DNA of 64,000 bases, taken from contig CAIIXF020000001.1 of NCBI GenBank assembly GCA_903813345.2, forward strand, positions 25,296,001-25,360,000, in the 5' to 3' direction. The notes beneath the pieces are model-generated. The model saw only the letters and a program-made list of their open reading frames with translations. It searched no databases and had not been told where the DNA came from. Shown piece after piece: positions 12,601 to 27,600 of this stretch; positions within the stretch are counted from its first letter, which is position 1; each line of letters begins with the position of its first letter. This stretch comes from Owenia fusiformis. Taxonomy: Eukaryota. Position numbers and translations under genes: made by a program.

Positions 12601-15600
12601 TCAATAATACAAATAATGTTTGCGTCTTGAATGTACTAAATGTCACAAATTCCAATTAAAAAATATATTGAATCCGTACCGAACGTGTCATCTGCACCGG
12701 GCGTGTTATCCCAGCCCCAGGCTCAGTCTGCATGGGGTTGTTAAGGAAATTAAAATTGACTTAGACATCGTAGACTAAATATGAATCAATGGCAATATCC
12801 GATAAAGTCTGCGAATCTTTTGAAATATAATTTTTATTGCATGTCATCTTGTCTTTCTCGCCATATCCTAGTAAATGTTATGGGCACTCAGTGTGAGTTC
12901 ATTTGGCAATCAGCCAACCAACCATTAAATCAGTAGGGTATAATAACCAACTCCATCGTTTTTCTATTTTTAATAAGTCGATGGGGTTTGTATTGTCATG
13001 AACGACACCATTCAAAGTCAGAATGATATTGTATTCATGGAAACTCATGATTCCAGGTTAGTAATTTTGATAATTTATGATATAAGTACTATTATAAATG
13101 TGACACCTCGACTTGGCATTGCTTGGCACTTAACAAAGAGCAATCAACAATTACAGAGACAAACGAACAAATAAACAAACAAACATATAAACAAAGAAAC
13201 AAACAACGAACAAACAATCAAGTAAACAAACAATCAAATTGATCATCATCCTCATTTCGGGCATCTTGTGCTCAATAGCACAATAGAATAATTATAGTAC
13301 TGAGCAATAAAATCTTAAAGTACAATCACATCCATCAACGTCAGGATGATGGTCTTCAAGGACACAATTTTTATGTTTAGTGTGTCTGTATGGGAATCAA
13401 GTACCAGGTACGGTCTCTTCTTGCAGTGATCCATCTTTCCCGACTTACATTATCGAGTACCTCAAGAGGCGGTTCTAAGAAAAGTACATTTTTCAAGCGC
13501 ATGCAATGAGTAGATTAGAACTATATCCAGCGTTATTATGGTCATTATTTTAGTATTAAGATGTAGCCTGCTCGAATCTCGTGTTTCTGTTTTATGTTAG
13601 GAATCTTTAAATCTTTTCGCAAAGATACAGTAGAGAGTTATTAAGTATTCCTGAAAAGTGTTACTTAGACTGCTAATGAATATTTCAAAAAACTTTTCAA
13701 GAGCCTCAGTTCATATGATGTCTAAGTGTGATTTTTTAAATCCAATGAAATTAATACTTCATTTTCATAATTTGAAATAACCTCTTAAAGAGGAAAAGCA
13801 GGGCAGGTGCTTATTGAGGTCAAATATCTAATGGTTAGTGTTGTCCTTAGCTCAATGAATTGTGGAATTGATTTAACCCACTCTTGTCTTGTATCCTACC
13901 CTTTGCATTCGTTTGACTTCACTTCTTAAAAGAGAGCTTCGTCTTCGTCTTCTTGTAGTTTAACTAGACTCTACACGCAGGGTACTTGTATCCTAGACTT
14001 TAAATTCATGTTGCCGTACTCATTCAAAGTCTGGAAACGAGACATTCGTTGATAAATCATAATTCATTGAGTCCTGGGCTTAAATCATTAAAACAAAGAT
14101 ATTTATCTGTTCAATGCATCTGGTAAATTGATGGAATACTTTCAGACTACACTGTGTAAGAATAAAAAAGAAAAAACATGATATTTTGACATTGAAGTAT
14201 TGGAATTTCACGAAATATTTTGCAAAAACACCTAGACCTCAATTTCAACTTGTACACATAGTTGCTTGTGCATTTTAAGCTAATCGAGGCAGCCATTTTC
14301 AATCTTTGCGACATATTTGCCGAAAACTTGTAGACAATGTCTGAACGTATAAAGTAAAGCACATGTTCTATTGCAAGCAAATTGATACATAACTTTATGA
14401 CCAAAAAGAGCTGAAAACATGATTTTCGGCAATAAACGTGGCTGCCATTTTGAATAGAGGTGTGAACTTTTGAACCGAGATCCTATTGTGTGGGGGCTTT
14501 TTGTATCGATAATTAACAAAAATAGTGAATGATTTCAGTAGATCACGATGTGAGCTAAAAACAATATCCATGCTATGATTATTTGACAATGTATGTTAGA
14601 GTGAGTGTCAATAATATGTATATCCTCCCGAAATGGAGGAAAAAATATACATGGAAAATATGCATCATGCAGTTTCGGGTCTCTATTGTGTGTCCTTTTT
14701 ATTGTGAAATATAAAATAAGGGTCATTTTTAAAGTGCCCTTATCTTGATAATATTATGTTGCAATAAAGCATTTTCCGGTTTGTTTCTTTAAACTATTGA
14801 TATTTCAGTTGTGTAGATGTTGTTGTATATAGTAGTAGTAGTAGTAGTATTTTTATTTATTTATGTCTCACGCACTAAAACAGATACTGAATACATAATA
14901 TCACGTTAAAACAATACATAAAAATTAAACAGTGCCTGGCCGATGCCGACCTATGAGAGACAGTGGAGTGTTACATTATGCTACGCCGTTTGGCTTGCAT
15001 TTTTATAATTGTTTTACCAAGTGTTCGTTGAACAGTCTTTTCATTCATTATCAAACAGTATTTCACTAAACTTGTTTGCATATCAAAGTCATTATAATTT
15101 AACATTTTGGAAAACAGACTAGATCGTTCATATATTTTATGTTATGGTACTACTTGTTTTGTTGTTGTATCACAAAATACATAAGGTAACGTACATTACC
15201 TACCACGTACATATGACGATACGGCATAAAACAAAAATTGACTACTTATTGGAAACTCAACATCGAACATGTTTGAGAATTAGTGCAATTAAGTTACTTT
15301 AGAGAGATCTCGCAACTCAATTATAGCATGTTTATTTTTGTCGTATAACGTATAACTTATGAAGCGTTTGATTACGTCATCGTTTATTGCGCGGTGTGAT
15401 ATTCTTACGTATATAGCTGCGCAATAAATGATGGCGTAACCAAACGCTTTATAAGTTATACGTTACACGGGAATAATCAACATGCTATAAGTGAGTTGCG
15501 AAATCTCTCTAATATTTTGCTAAATTCACTAACGATTCACAATAATATAATCTTGAAAAGTGTGTATGTAAAAACGATAAAATATCCCATTTGTCTAATT

Positions 15601-18600
15601 AGCAGTAAGAATTACAACTTCGTTGTTGCCTGAAAGCCTCGGAGACGTAATTACAAATGAATTAGTGCTTTGAATAATGATGGAACGCGTATTTAAGGCA
15701 ACATTAAAGCGAAGTATTAAGTTTATTATTAGCTTTTCTCAAACACACTTATCGTAGCAATAATGCATACATAGGACATGGCTTGAAATTACGCAAAGAG
15801 GTTTTCAGACCCTTATATAACATAAATCATCTTAGTATGATTATTTTCCATTTTAAGATGTGAACAATAGGGAGGGTAAGCTACACGTTCTTAGATGACT
15901 TGCACGTGAACGTGAAATATCATGACTATAAGGATTACTGTTCCCCTCTCAATATGTTTTCCAGGGACCTAATTACAACTCCTCATAGCTCTAAACTCAG
16001 TTGGGCAAGTTATTATTACAAGGGGAGAATGAATTCGCAAAGGACAGTACAACTAGTTCTGTCACGTTTTATTTTACTGTCCTTTGGGATTAACTGTCCT
16101 CCTGTGTGACAAAATGTCGTATTGGATATCAACTTATAAGAAAAAGTGTCACTCTGTATAATCCAAATGATTAATTCACCCTGGGATGACGATTTTTTCA
16201 GCTTCCGATACATTTTTACTTATATACAACTTATGTTCCCAGAGTTTAGTGAAACATACAGGGTGGGCCAAAAACCAATACCCAAATTTAAAGATGAATA
16301 TCATAATGATATATGTTAAACCATGTCATTTATTATATGCCATTTTAAAAATAAATCATTTTCTAACAATATTACACAATCCATTGAAAACCGTTGTTTT
16401 CTTTCGGAGTTAGAGGTTAAAATTTACATCAGTGGTGTCATTGGAGGGACCAAGAGATTATTCACTGCGGATTTCCAAATTGTGGAGAATGGAGGTAAAT
16501 TTGAACTTTGGCACCTTCAAAAGAGGTACATTTATACAGGTCTAGTGCAAAATTCATCACCCATCTTTTAAAATATCAACTGTGTATTACTCTTAAATAA
16601 ATTCATAATGATTCAGTCAAGCATACTGAGTGCAGTTGTGGATGTAATATTATTACATAGTTCACTTAGGTTTCATGTCTAAAAAGCCTAAAAACATTAA
16701 CATATATATTTTAGATCCAGACTTCGAAATTATTAATAAGCTAAATTTCTAAATTAATATAACATAGTTAATCTTTACTTTTATCCTCTCACATGCCAAG
16801 CTACAGTTATCCAATAATAAAGAGGGAAATTTGGGAATTTTCATTTTTTTTGAGTTTTGGACACTCGTTACACCCCTGGTGTCAATTTTAGCCTCTAACT
16901 CCACAAGAAAACAATGGTTTTTCAATCTGATGGTGTCATGTTGTTAGGAAACGACTAATGATATCGAATACGGCATGGTTTAAGATACATCTTTAAACTT
17001 GGGTTTAAGTTTTTGGCCCATCCTGTATTTTCTTTTTAGTTCATATTCTATTAGCTATATGTGGCACAAATGCCCTCTTAATTATTAAAAATAATCTATT
17101 TCAGGTTGAATCGGAGGAACTTTGTCACATATGTGCTGTATATACGGGAAGCGAGACGTACCCCTGTAGGATTTGTCCTCGTGTATATCACGAGAGCTGT
17201 CTTAGGAAGATAGGGCATTGTTCGAGTCCAGAGTCCAGTAACCTGCTACAAAAAGCACACGAACCCATTGGATGGAGCTGTTACAAATGTGTAAGTGAAA
17301 TGATCAGTGATTTCGATTGAAAATACCATGTGCAGTATGGCAAGTGATTTTAGACAGTCATATCTTTCACCGTGAGTACTTTCTGGACATAAATACAGTG
17401 GTTTTAATTAAAACAATATGTTTTCTTTCAAGTGAAGTACCCATGATGATAAAAATATCGATCGAACAATTCGAAAAATTATGAATAGGGACCCCATGTC
17501 AACATTTTTTTTCAAAATATTGAACCTATATACTCAAAAGAGGATCTCCTTTTTCTGATTTTTGTTGCATGAAAAGATTATTCAACAAGGGGCCTAAAAC
17601 ATCTTCAAAAATATAATGGTATTGAAAGTCTAGTCTTGAAGATATCAATTTTTGATGACCAAAATGATGCTGAAAACAATGGATAGCGCGAGTTCTCCCT
17701 ATGTGAAAATAACATGGGATATGTGGTTTTTAACTTAACGCATTTCAATACGCATCCCATTTTCAGAAATTGTCAATATAGTGTAGACGAAACTTTCGAT
17801 ATGTTTAAATTGAGAAAAACAAAATAGAAAATAAGAAAATAAGCCTAACATTTTTTAAAAAGTGCCAGGGTGGGGCCCTAATCCATAATTTTTCAGAGAG
17901 TTGAATTTATATTTTACTATCATGGGGACTTCACTTGAAAGAAAACATATTGTTTTAATAAAAACCATTGTATTTATGGCCAGAAAGTACTCATTCTCAG
18001 ATATGACTGCCTAAAATCACTTGCCATACTGCACATGGACCTTTACTTCTTCAAAGCTTAAAAGTGTTAATTTGCCGTTTCCAAAAATAACACAATTCCC
18101 AATTACATACGCGTGATCTTTAATGCCACAGTTGGTTGTATTCTCCCAAAATACTTCAGAGGAAGAAATTCAATTCCATTTCAATAATGACTTATGTTTC
18201 GTTATACAGGACAATCTAAGCAGTGTTCTGGCTGAAGAGGAGATGTTTCAACTAATGGAAGATTTTGATATATATGACATAGACAAAGGTGGGTTAATAT
18301 GTATGACTTTAAAAAATGTTACCTTTATTGGTTAAATTGGTTGATTGGTGGTCCTTTCACGTGCATGTTATTCAAATATTCTCTTTATCTGATATAATAT
18401 GATATCTTCGACTTTGTGACATCCTTGGTCCAATGCTATTTCAATTCTTACGATAGCTGCTTTGGCAGTGAAGCCCGATCTTGGAGGATAACTTTGTGAT
18501 GGTTATCATACATGTATTGCTCTCGATAACTCTATACACAATGAGTATATATTAAACCACAATGATTGACTTAAGTGGAAATATCTTCACATATTTACAA

Positions 18601-21600
18601 GTATATCATCTTTACGACGAGATCTTAGTATTCAGCAGTTGTCGTCGGTTTGAAATCAAATATTATTGCTTCAGAGGTAGATGTGGGATGAAAGATCGAA
18701 ATTTTGCTCGTATTGCAGTGCTCACTTCCAACTCTGCCATCTTGTGAGATTGCATACAGGAAATGATATCATTGACTTTTAACTTTTATAAACTTTCCAA
18801 TATGAAATTGTTGACGTATTGAATACGATATTTACTGTACGATTAGTAATACGGATTCACATATTTAAACTATATTTACCAAGGAGGTATATGTGGGATG
18901 AAAGAGCAAAAGTTTGCTTTAATACCTCCTCCGTTGCATTGACCAAATTGGGCGATGGCATCCCGTGAATACAACTCAAAACCGTATCATATCAGATCGT
19001 AGCATTTGAAGTGTCGTCGATACATGTATATCACGGGGGTAAAGCAGACCCGATGATGCAATGAGCTTGCTCGGCGGTATCATGACTGTGTAACGGGTCT
19101 TAATGTATAATTGTGCTCGGTGGTAGGTTCAAACAACGCGGATCCTCAAAGCATGTGCTCATGGTATATTCGTGTTTTAACACCCGTGTATATGAAATAG
19201 TAGACAACCATTTAATGTGTTATAAATCTAGTCGCTGCGCTGATAGCCCATATGATACAAGCATCATTCACCATTAGTGAAATTAAAAGGAAATACAATA
19301 CCATCACATATCACAATGACAACTTTTGTTATAGACGTGCCATTATTAGAGGGATCTATTAAGCAAAACATGGAAAATGTTTTGATATAGTCAAAATTCA
19401 TCATTTAATGCAAGTTTATTTAAAATAGGGTGCCATCTTATAAGATTTAATACAGGAAGTGATGTTATTTAGCTTTTATAAACTTGTCTATAACAGTATT
19501 GGCGAGTTGTAGGCCAGTCAATTGGTGAAAAAAAACAGCCTAACCTAGGACAAATTGCAATAGTTTGCAAACTTAGTTTAAATTGTTGATCAATATTCAC
19601 CTTATATCATATCAAAAATATAGGAAAATATAATTAGTGGACAAATGTCAAATTTTACTTCATAGGTACCCCCTACGACCCACCCCTAAATTTGACTATT
19701 TGTTTAAAAAAAAATTTTTTATCAATAATTAAATAGTTTTTTCAAGTTTTCTTGTTATATTATGATAATAGAATGACAAAACATAAATTTTTACCGAAGT
19801 AAACTTTCATTTGAGGCTTAGAATTTTTTGTTTCACCCTCGACAACCCCAAATGAGTCATTAAATGATTGACATTTCATGTATCTTTTCTTATATTTCTA
19901 GACTGGTGCATTCCAAAATGATTAAAAAAATCATGGTGATACATGTATATATGGACATAACATATATGGGATACCAGTATCATCAGTGGCATATTGGGGA
20001 AGAAAAAAAATATATAAGTTTTACATTTTCGCCCCGCCCACTTTTGGGGTGACCTTACTTTTGCTAAATAATTTTCAAACTATGCAGTATTTCCTAACAA
20101 TTCTACAACTTAAAGAATGATTTGGACATATTCCATCCAATATTAACTTTTATTAGAGTTTGGGACTCCTGTTTTGGACAAAATTATAACTGCAATTTGA
20201 AAAATCTGGAAAATGGGGGGGGGGTATTTTGTAAGGCTAATACTGTATGTTTTGACATATATTTATATCAAATGTGCCAATTATGGGCCATTGAACTTAT
20301 TTATGTGCTTATGTGAAGGTATAATAGTGTATTTGTTTAAAATGAAAGTACAATCACTGATTTAGAAAGATTTGTGATATCTTAAAATACTGTTATCTCA
20401 GACTGCTACAGGGCATTGCAGATTTTGGACTTCAAGAGAGATTGCGGTTGGCAATAAGTCATCGTAATTTATATTTGCACATATTCCTCTACATTCACCA
20501 CATGCCATGGAACAGTCCATTCCATTCTTTCGACATGTGCAGTGCATTGTTGTGCAACCTGTCTTACAATTACATTTGATCACTTCTAAGAGTGAAGAAG
20601 GTCCTGCCGGTAAAGTTGTAGCAACTGGGAGATAGTGGCCATTGTTCATTTCCCATCCCCATTCTTCTGGTGGAAGATTTACCCTCATCCATGATTGTAC
20701 TTGATGATATACCCTTAGGCTGTGGTGCTTTGCAGCATCAGATGTAGGTGGAAGCACTTTTGGATGAACAGACTCTCGACTAGAGGCAGCTTTCTCATGA
20801 AACTTTTGTAATCTTAATTTGTTTAAGGTTTGCCCAAGCTTACCTCCTAATAATGATACAAAGGCAGCTTCTCCTTCTTTTGATATCATGTCTTATGTGG
20901 CATCATGCAATTTAAATGTACAAGCGCTTTTCTGAAAGACATCAGATTTCTTTATCTGCCTTTCTGGGACCCGTTTCCCAACTCCAAATAGCCTTGATGT
21001 AGTATCACATCCAAGAAATGCATGAATGAATAGGATGTTGCTGCACACTATGTCACCTAAAGATAGTCTTGTATCTTTGGTGTTCCCTCCATTTCTACGA
21101 AGATGAGTTGCATCTTTTGTGCTAGGGCCATTTTGGTACCCATCAAATACTATTTTAGCATTTTGGTACCTCATCTGCACATAGTATACATATTGGCTTA
21201 AAACGTTCTCCCATGTAAAACCTTTTTGCCAAGGAATGCGATGAAGAAGGGCGCCTCCATCAATCACATGTTGAAGATCTTTGTCACTTGGTCCTGGTAA
21301 GGAAGATATTTTTGGTGTCCACAATGCTTCTGCCAGTGATTTTACCGCTGGTCTCATTAAAACTTTTGATTCAAACAAAGCCAGTGGGAAGCTTATAACC
21401 TAGAGGCTCTGACAAATCACCAGATCGTGTACCAGCTATGGTAAGGCGTTGATAAAGCAAAATAGGATCTATGTGTATTTCTTCATTGTTAACCTTGACT
21501 GCAGTTTTTGATCCTATGGTCACAGCTTGGCTTTTTCTTTTGAAGAAACACTCAGATACCTTTTTCCCAATCATAGATGCCACAATCACATTGCCTAATT

Positions 21601-24600
21601 CTTTTGCGTCATATGCATTGGCAGCAGAAGAAGCTGCAACTCTTGTTGCAATGTTACGTAATGACTGTTCAGGAAAAAAGGGATTTCTTTCAACAAGGTA
21701 TTTCAGGATACATTTAGCATCTTTGGTGATTCTTGTTGGTGTTGCATCTTTATGCTGCTCACTTGTGGCATATGTTATATCAGTGAGTTCTTGCATTGCA
21801 CTGCTTATCTCTCCACATGCAGGTGAGGAAAGAATCCACACCAGACGCTGAACTTCAGCCATGACCCGGCCTCTCGTGAGACATCCTGTTGACTTGATGC
21901 TTCGCATCAGGCATTGCTCAATTATGAGATCTGCAGATAATCCTGCCCATGACCTATCTGATCGACGAATGACATGTAGCCCATTCATAAAATAGGCATA
22001 TACCTCTTGGCTCTGTTTTTCAAGGTTATTCATTTTTTGGAGAAAGATATACAGACTTTAGGTATAGATTGTGACCTGCTGCTGCAAAATATGGCAACAT
22101 ATCGAGCAAACATTGGAGATGAAGTGTCCAACTCCCAATCCCTTCTCCTTTTATGAAGTTCCTGAATAGGTCGATCATATCCATATATTGCAACCATAGC
22201 TTTGCTGTTTTTAGATTTTGAAGTGAGTCCTTCTCAGCTTGAAGCTTTTCTCCAAAGACTGTTGCAACATCAATTTTGTCATCATTGTCATGAACATGAT
22301 TTATTATCTTATCAAAGACAAGATGCAATTCCTTCAGGTCAATATGAGTAGTATCATTCTCTACTTCTACAAATGGTTGTTCTTGTGATTTATTTTGTTC
22401 TTCATTGGTCTGATCAAGACCAATGTCATATATCTGAGCTGCTAAAATAGTATTCAATGCACTATCAATCAGAAGGTGGCCTCTAACTGCCCTAGAAACT
22501 GCCTTACCAGATAACATATGACCAATTGTATTTTCAGCATATACCAAGCTTAGGACAGAATCTAATCCTGACCCCTCCATGATGTGGCCTACAGAGCCAA
22601 GAAAACTCATATCGGTATGAAACCTAGTCTTGCAACCATTTTGTGAGCATCACTGTCTTCTGGCTCATTTTCTAGAATTTTGTTTGCTTTCCACCAAAGT
22701 GGCTGAGATGCAACAAACTTCAAAGTGGAGTAGATACATGACAGGTCCATATCTATCAAAGGTAGAAACATGGCTGAAGATTCACCAGGATGTTCCCCCT
22801 TATAAACCATCTGCATAAATCCTGACCAAAGTGGACAAGGAGTCTTAAAAAGCAAGGATGATTTCCACACAAGATCAAAGCCTGTTAAAGGTTTATCAAA
22901 TGATTGTCTCACAAGCTCTTCATACCTCAAACTACTAAACATATCATTGTCATTTGAATAGTAGTGAGTATTGATGCGTCCAATTGCCTCTATGTCTTCT
23001 GAAGACACATTGTGTCTGATCACTGGCCGAGTTGTTCTCACTTTAGGTGTGACTGTTGCAATAATGCCCATTACATGGAACGTATTCTTGCCATCGGGAG
23101 TTCGAACGTTGTGATCTACACTATCTGCAACATGATGTACAACATGATTAGCAGTAATGTTAGGTATGTCTGTGTTTTGCATCAATGCTGCACTCCTTTG
23201 GACACTTCTGGACCTCAGAATATGAGCAAGTAAACCCATGTTTGTTAAGTGTGTCAATCAAAAATCTTGACTGGAAATGATGATGAAGCTGCACACCTAG
23301 ACCAAGCTGTAATGGGGCCAAAAGGGCATTTGGACGAGTGCCCTGCATAATAGCTTGTTCAATTGATGCTACTTTGTTTCTAACATCTTTACCAACAAAC
23401 AACTTGCTCAAAACATCAACAAAATGTCAGGTAAAAAGTCTAATGACTCATTGATGGAGGACATTGTGTCATATTCAGGATAAGTTTGGGGAGATTGCTT
23501 TTTGTCCTTTAAGGCACTTTTATCAAACTTGCTGCAGTTTCTATAATTTTCTCTTTTTCATCTACTTGGTCTCCTTTGTGTTGATGAAAAGCATGCAATA
23601 TTTTGGCAGCATTGTCATGAAACATTTTGTATTCCTTGGATATCACTGATGATAGGTTCTCACCAAAGAATGCTTTCAGCTCTTTCTTCATGTATTTAAA
23701 GCTATAGGGTTCAATTTCACTGTCATTTATGAAGTCTTTCATCTTGCTAATCAGATCAGTGACAGTTATTTGTTCATCATCATTCGCTTCAAGAAAGGTG
23801 ACAACTTTATTGAAAGCATCCTGTCGTTGCATGTCTTTAGGGCGTCCACTCATTCTTTTCATTTTTGGTTGCCTTTCCCCATCACTCAGTTGAAACTGTT
23901 GTGGTATGCCCTTGCCTGATCTAAAGTTACCACTACAAACCTTATGGTACACTGCATCTGCAGATGGTAAATCGTTAGTAAAACTAATACGTGATTTGAC
24001 CATGTCAGACCAGCTGATGTTGTTCTGAAACATGGCTGGTAATATTGATACAATATATAGAATAAATATATGTATATTTATATTAAATATATATTATTCA
24101 TTTATATATTCAATGTATAATTGTTATTTTGATATACATTTTGTATTTTTCTTTTTCAACTCCTCTATTCAAATATATTAATTTGGAAAAGCTAATTTTG
24201 CAATAGATGAATGGTTGGATTGGTCAGGTGTTTATTGCAACAAACGTTTGAAGTCATTTTTGAAGTCGACCCTTGAATTTTAGATGGCACTAGTGTTTCT
24301 AAGTTTCATTTTAAAACTGTTTAATGATCAAATAACTAAGAGATAGTGTTTATGGGTCAGGTAACCATGTTGTATTTGTTTTGTTCTCAAATTAGAGTTG
24401 ATTTAAGCTATAGAGATGTGATATCTCAGTTGTTATTAAGTAACGGTAATTGGACCCTAATATTTCATCTTGCATCCAACATATTATGAGATGTTTAACA
24501 AGACAGGGGAAATAACTCCAATGAAAAGTTATCTACAAGACAGAATGGGTTTATATCTGTATTTTTATATCAAATTTGAGGACATATGTGGTATATATTG

Positions 24601-27600
24601 GAAGTTATATTGCAAAAGTAAGGTCACCCCAAAAGTGGGCGGGGCAAAAATTTGAAATTTTAAATATTTTTTTCTTCAACAATATGCAAATTCAGAAATC
24701 GGTATTCCATATGTGTATTACCTGTATATAGAAGTATTACCATGAGTTTTTCCATGGCTTTTGGATAAAGCAATTAAGAAATATATACATTATTATAAAA
24801 TATTTTGGCCATATGACAACATATTTTGGTGTATTTGGGAGGTAAATTGTCAATTGTTGGCACAAAAAAGCATTAAAAGTAGATTTAAATCCACTCTGAA
24901 TCTTTCCCATGAACTAATACAATATAAAAACATGTAAAAAATATTCAAATATGGAGAAATTATTTTTTCCCTTACCCCTAGTCAAAATTGGGGTGGGGGT
25001 ACCTAAGAAGTGAAATTTCATATTTGTCCACTACATATATTTTCCTATATTTTTAATATGTTGCTACATATATATCAATTCACCAATTAAACCATGTTTC
25101 AAAACTATTGCAATTTGTCAGATGTGAAATCACCAATTGACTGGCCTATTGCTCAAAATCACTTCTAGAAAATGGTACTGGTATATTAAGCTGGTTTTGT
25201 GCTTCTTTTTTTTATTTTTTATTTTTTTTTTATTAAAATCAATGTAACATATTTACAGGTTGTAGTGGCTATGACCCACAAGAGGGAGTATTAGGTGCCA
25301 CATAATGGTATTTACAATGATTTGTGAAATATTATGAGAAGTGTACATGTAATTGTGTAAAGTATGATATTGTACATAATTGAGAAAATAAACTGATTTA
25401 ATGGAAATGATTAAAGGTCTCTTCTACAATAGCAGGTGCAAGCAGTAAAAATGTGTACAATGCTTACATACCGTCTTGCCTTATGTGATATGCAAGAGAG
25501 AAAATTCGAAATATTTTACCTTTTCTGAGCTATCAGGGCAACATTTGGCTTAACATCTTCTTTGACATACCTATTTTCTTAAAATGTATGGATAAACTAT
25601 CAATTTCAGCATTAAGAAGTGTAAATTCATCAGTTCAAAATAGTGAAATGATTCATCACTGCCACATATTAATAATTCAAGTACTAATATACCTGGTCTG
25701 CTAAACACAGTGCTAAAGCTATTATCATCAATATCATCGTCATTCTTGTGCGGAATAAAAGTAATTCATGTGACAAATATGACGACATTCCCAAATGGAG
25801 CTGTTGTGTTGAGGATGTTGATCCAACTCAGACTAATTGAATTTCGAGCTTTATGGCAGATGACTGAGCAGAGGGGCGTTTGGAAAATTGTGCTTTAAAG
25901 ATTCATACTTTAATAATTGTCCTTCCGTTTTGCCACATTGAGAAACAACATAATACTTTCTAAATCTTGGCTTTGTGTATTCTTCATTGTAAAAGAATAC
26001 ACAAAGCGGGTCAGTGGTCACAAAACTTGAACTTAATTGAATTGTCATCGATTTGAAAATAAACTATGGTCAATGACTGTTCTATTTCTCAGAATTGTAT
26101 ATAAATCATGTTATATTTGTGTTGCGCGTGACGTTCGGGTCTACCCTGCGTGCAGAGTCTAGTTAAACTACAAAAGGGTATTCGGGTCGGGGGATTCGTT
26201 TACAAGCACTCGATCGTCTATTATACCTGTGAATACTATCTCGATTCCACCATATATTTAGATTGTATCAAAGAACTTCTCATTTGAACGTATACGTTTA
26301 CCGAGGTTAATTGTACTCGCTTTTAATAATGACTGACGTACAAGAAAGAATAATCACCCGATATATTTATCATCGCGAAATCTACCTACTGATCTCATAC
26401 AGATATATTATTACAGGCAATTAACCCAGATCTATAAATATTGTTTAGTTGCCACGACAGAATGATGATTTGCCTCTTCGGCGACATCTTGTTTAGATGA
26501 ACCATTTTATAAATTAAAAGGCATTGATTCTACTTCAATTTTTTATCAAAGGGAAACAATAATACGTGGTTACCCTATATCGTTATGTTAGGCCCTAGAT
26601 GTTAATTTTTGGAAAAAGGCATATACCAATTCATCTAATTTACTTTCTTAATTACATGTCAAAATTATAAAATCTAAAAAGTCATTAGATTTAAGTTGTG
26701 CAGACCCAAGTATAATTCTCTAAGGGGATCACAATAATACATTTTGCATATAAATAAAAATGCTCTTAATTTCAGATTCCACGATTTCATTAGATGAGTT
26801 TTTAAAATACAAAAATGAACAATACCAGAAAAGGTTTGGATGTGAGATGCCATTTGAAGATGAAGAAACAGAAAGAAGAAGATTTAAAATAATGGATAAA
26901 AATAAAACAGAAACCCTTGACTGGTGGGAATTTTTGAACTATGAAAGCACTCATATCTTAACAACCAGGAGTAAGGTAAATATTGAATTGATTAAGGTAA
27001 CTGGAAAGACCAATATGCTTTTCATAAGACGGGTACTATTGAATTAGCAAACAAATCTGTCTGATCGGATTTTGTCTAAGACATATTTAAGATTCATTGG
27101 ATCAAATTAATGATGCCATTTCGAAGTGCAGATTCTGAGACAATTTTCAGTTTCTTTATGAGTTAGGTAAACTATATACCTAGTTTCACAATTTGACAAA
27201 ATCGCCTCTCTGGCATTTTTTGGACATAGGCTATTTTGATTTCTGTCAGTTCTTCAAATTAGCAAATTCACAAACTTTCACTTTCATGTCAAAAATGGAA
27301 AGCAATTTTTAATGCTATGGCCACATACCATGGGTTTTGAACGAACATGTTTTTCATAGATGCAACATTTTATCCCATGATAACAATGGACGTGCATGTC
27401 CTTTGGTATGATACCTTTGTATTAAAGTAAACCATGCCATGAAGATGCAGATGCTTTCCTGGATATCCAGGCACGTGAATATAACAATAAGTGAGATATG
27501 CCAAGTGGCTGTGGAGATCCCTATCGGTCGGAAAATATTCACACATGATCACTGTCTGATATCATTTCCCTTATTACCCACCGGGCTCTTTTGGCAAAGT

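Noticed and set aside
12325..12740. Degenerate inverted repeat, possibly a piggyBac-like MITE
   Set aside because: Pairing is weak, with no intact termini or TTAA duplication.
12978..13056. Possible extra PHF24 exon (aag|...ccag|gttagt)
   Set aside because: It has a stop in the required frame and is phase-incompatible with exon 17105.
21471..21851. 126-aa hydrophobic plus-strand ORF
   Set aside because: It is the antisense shadow of the Academ transposase frame.
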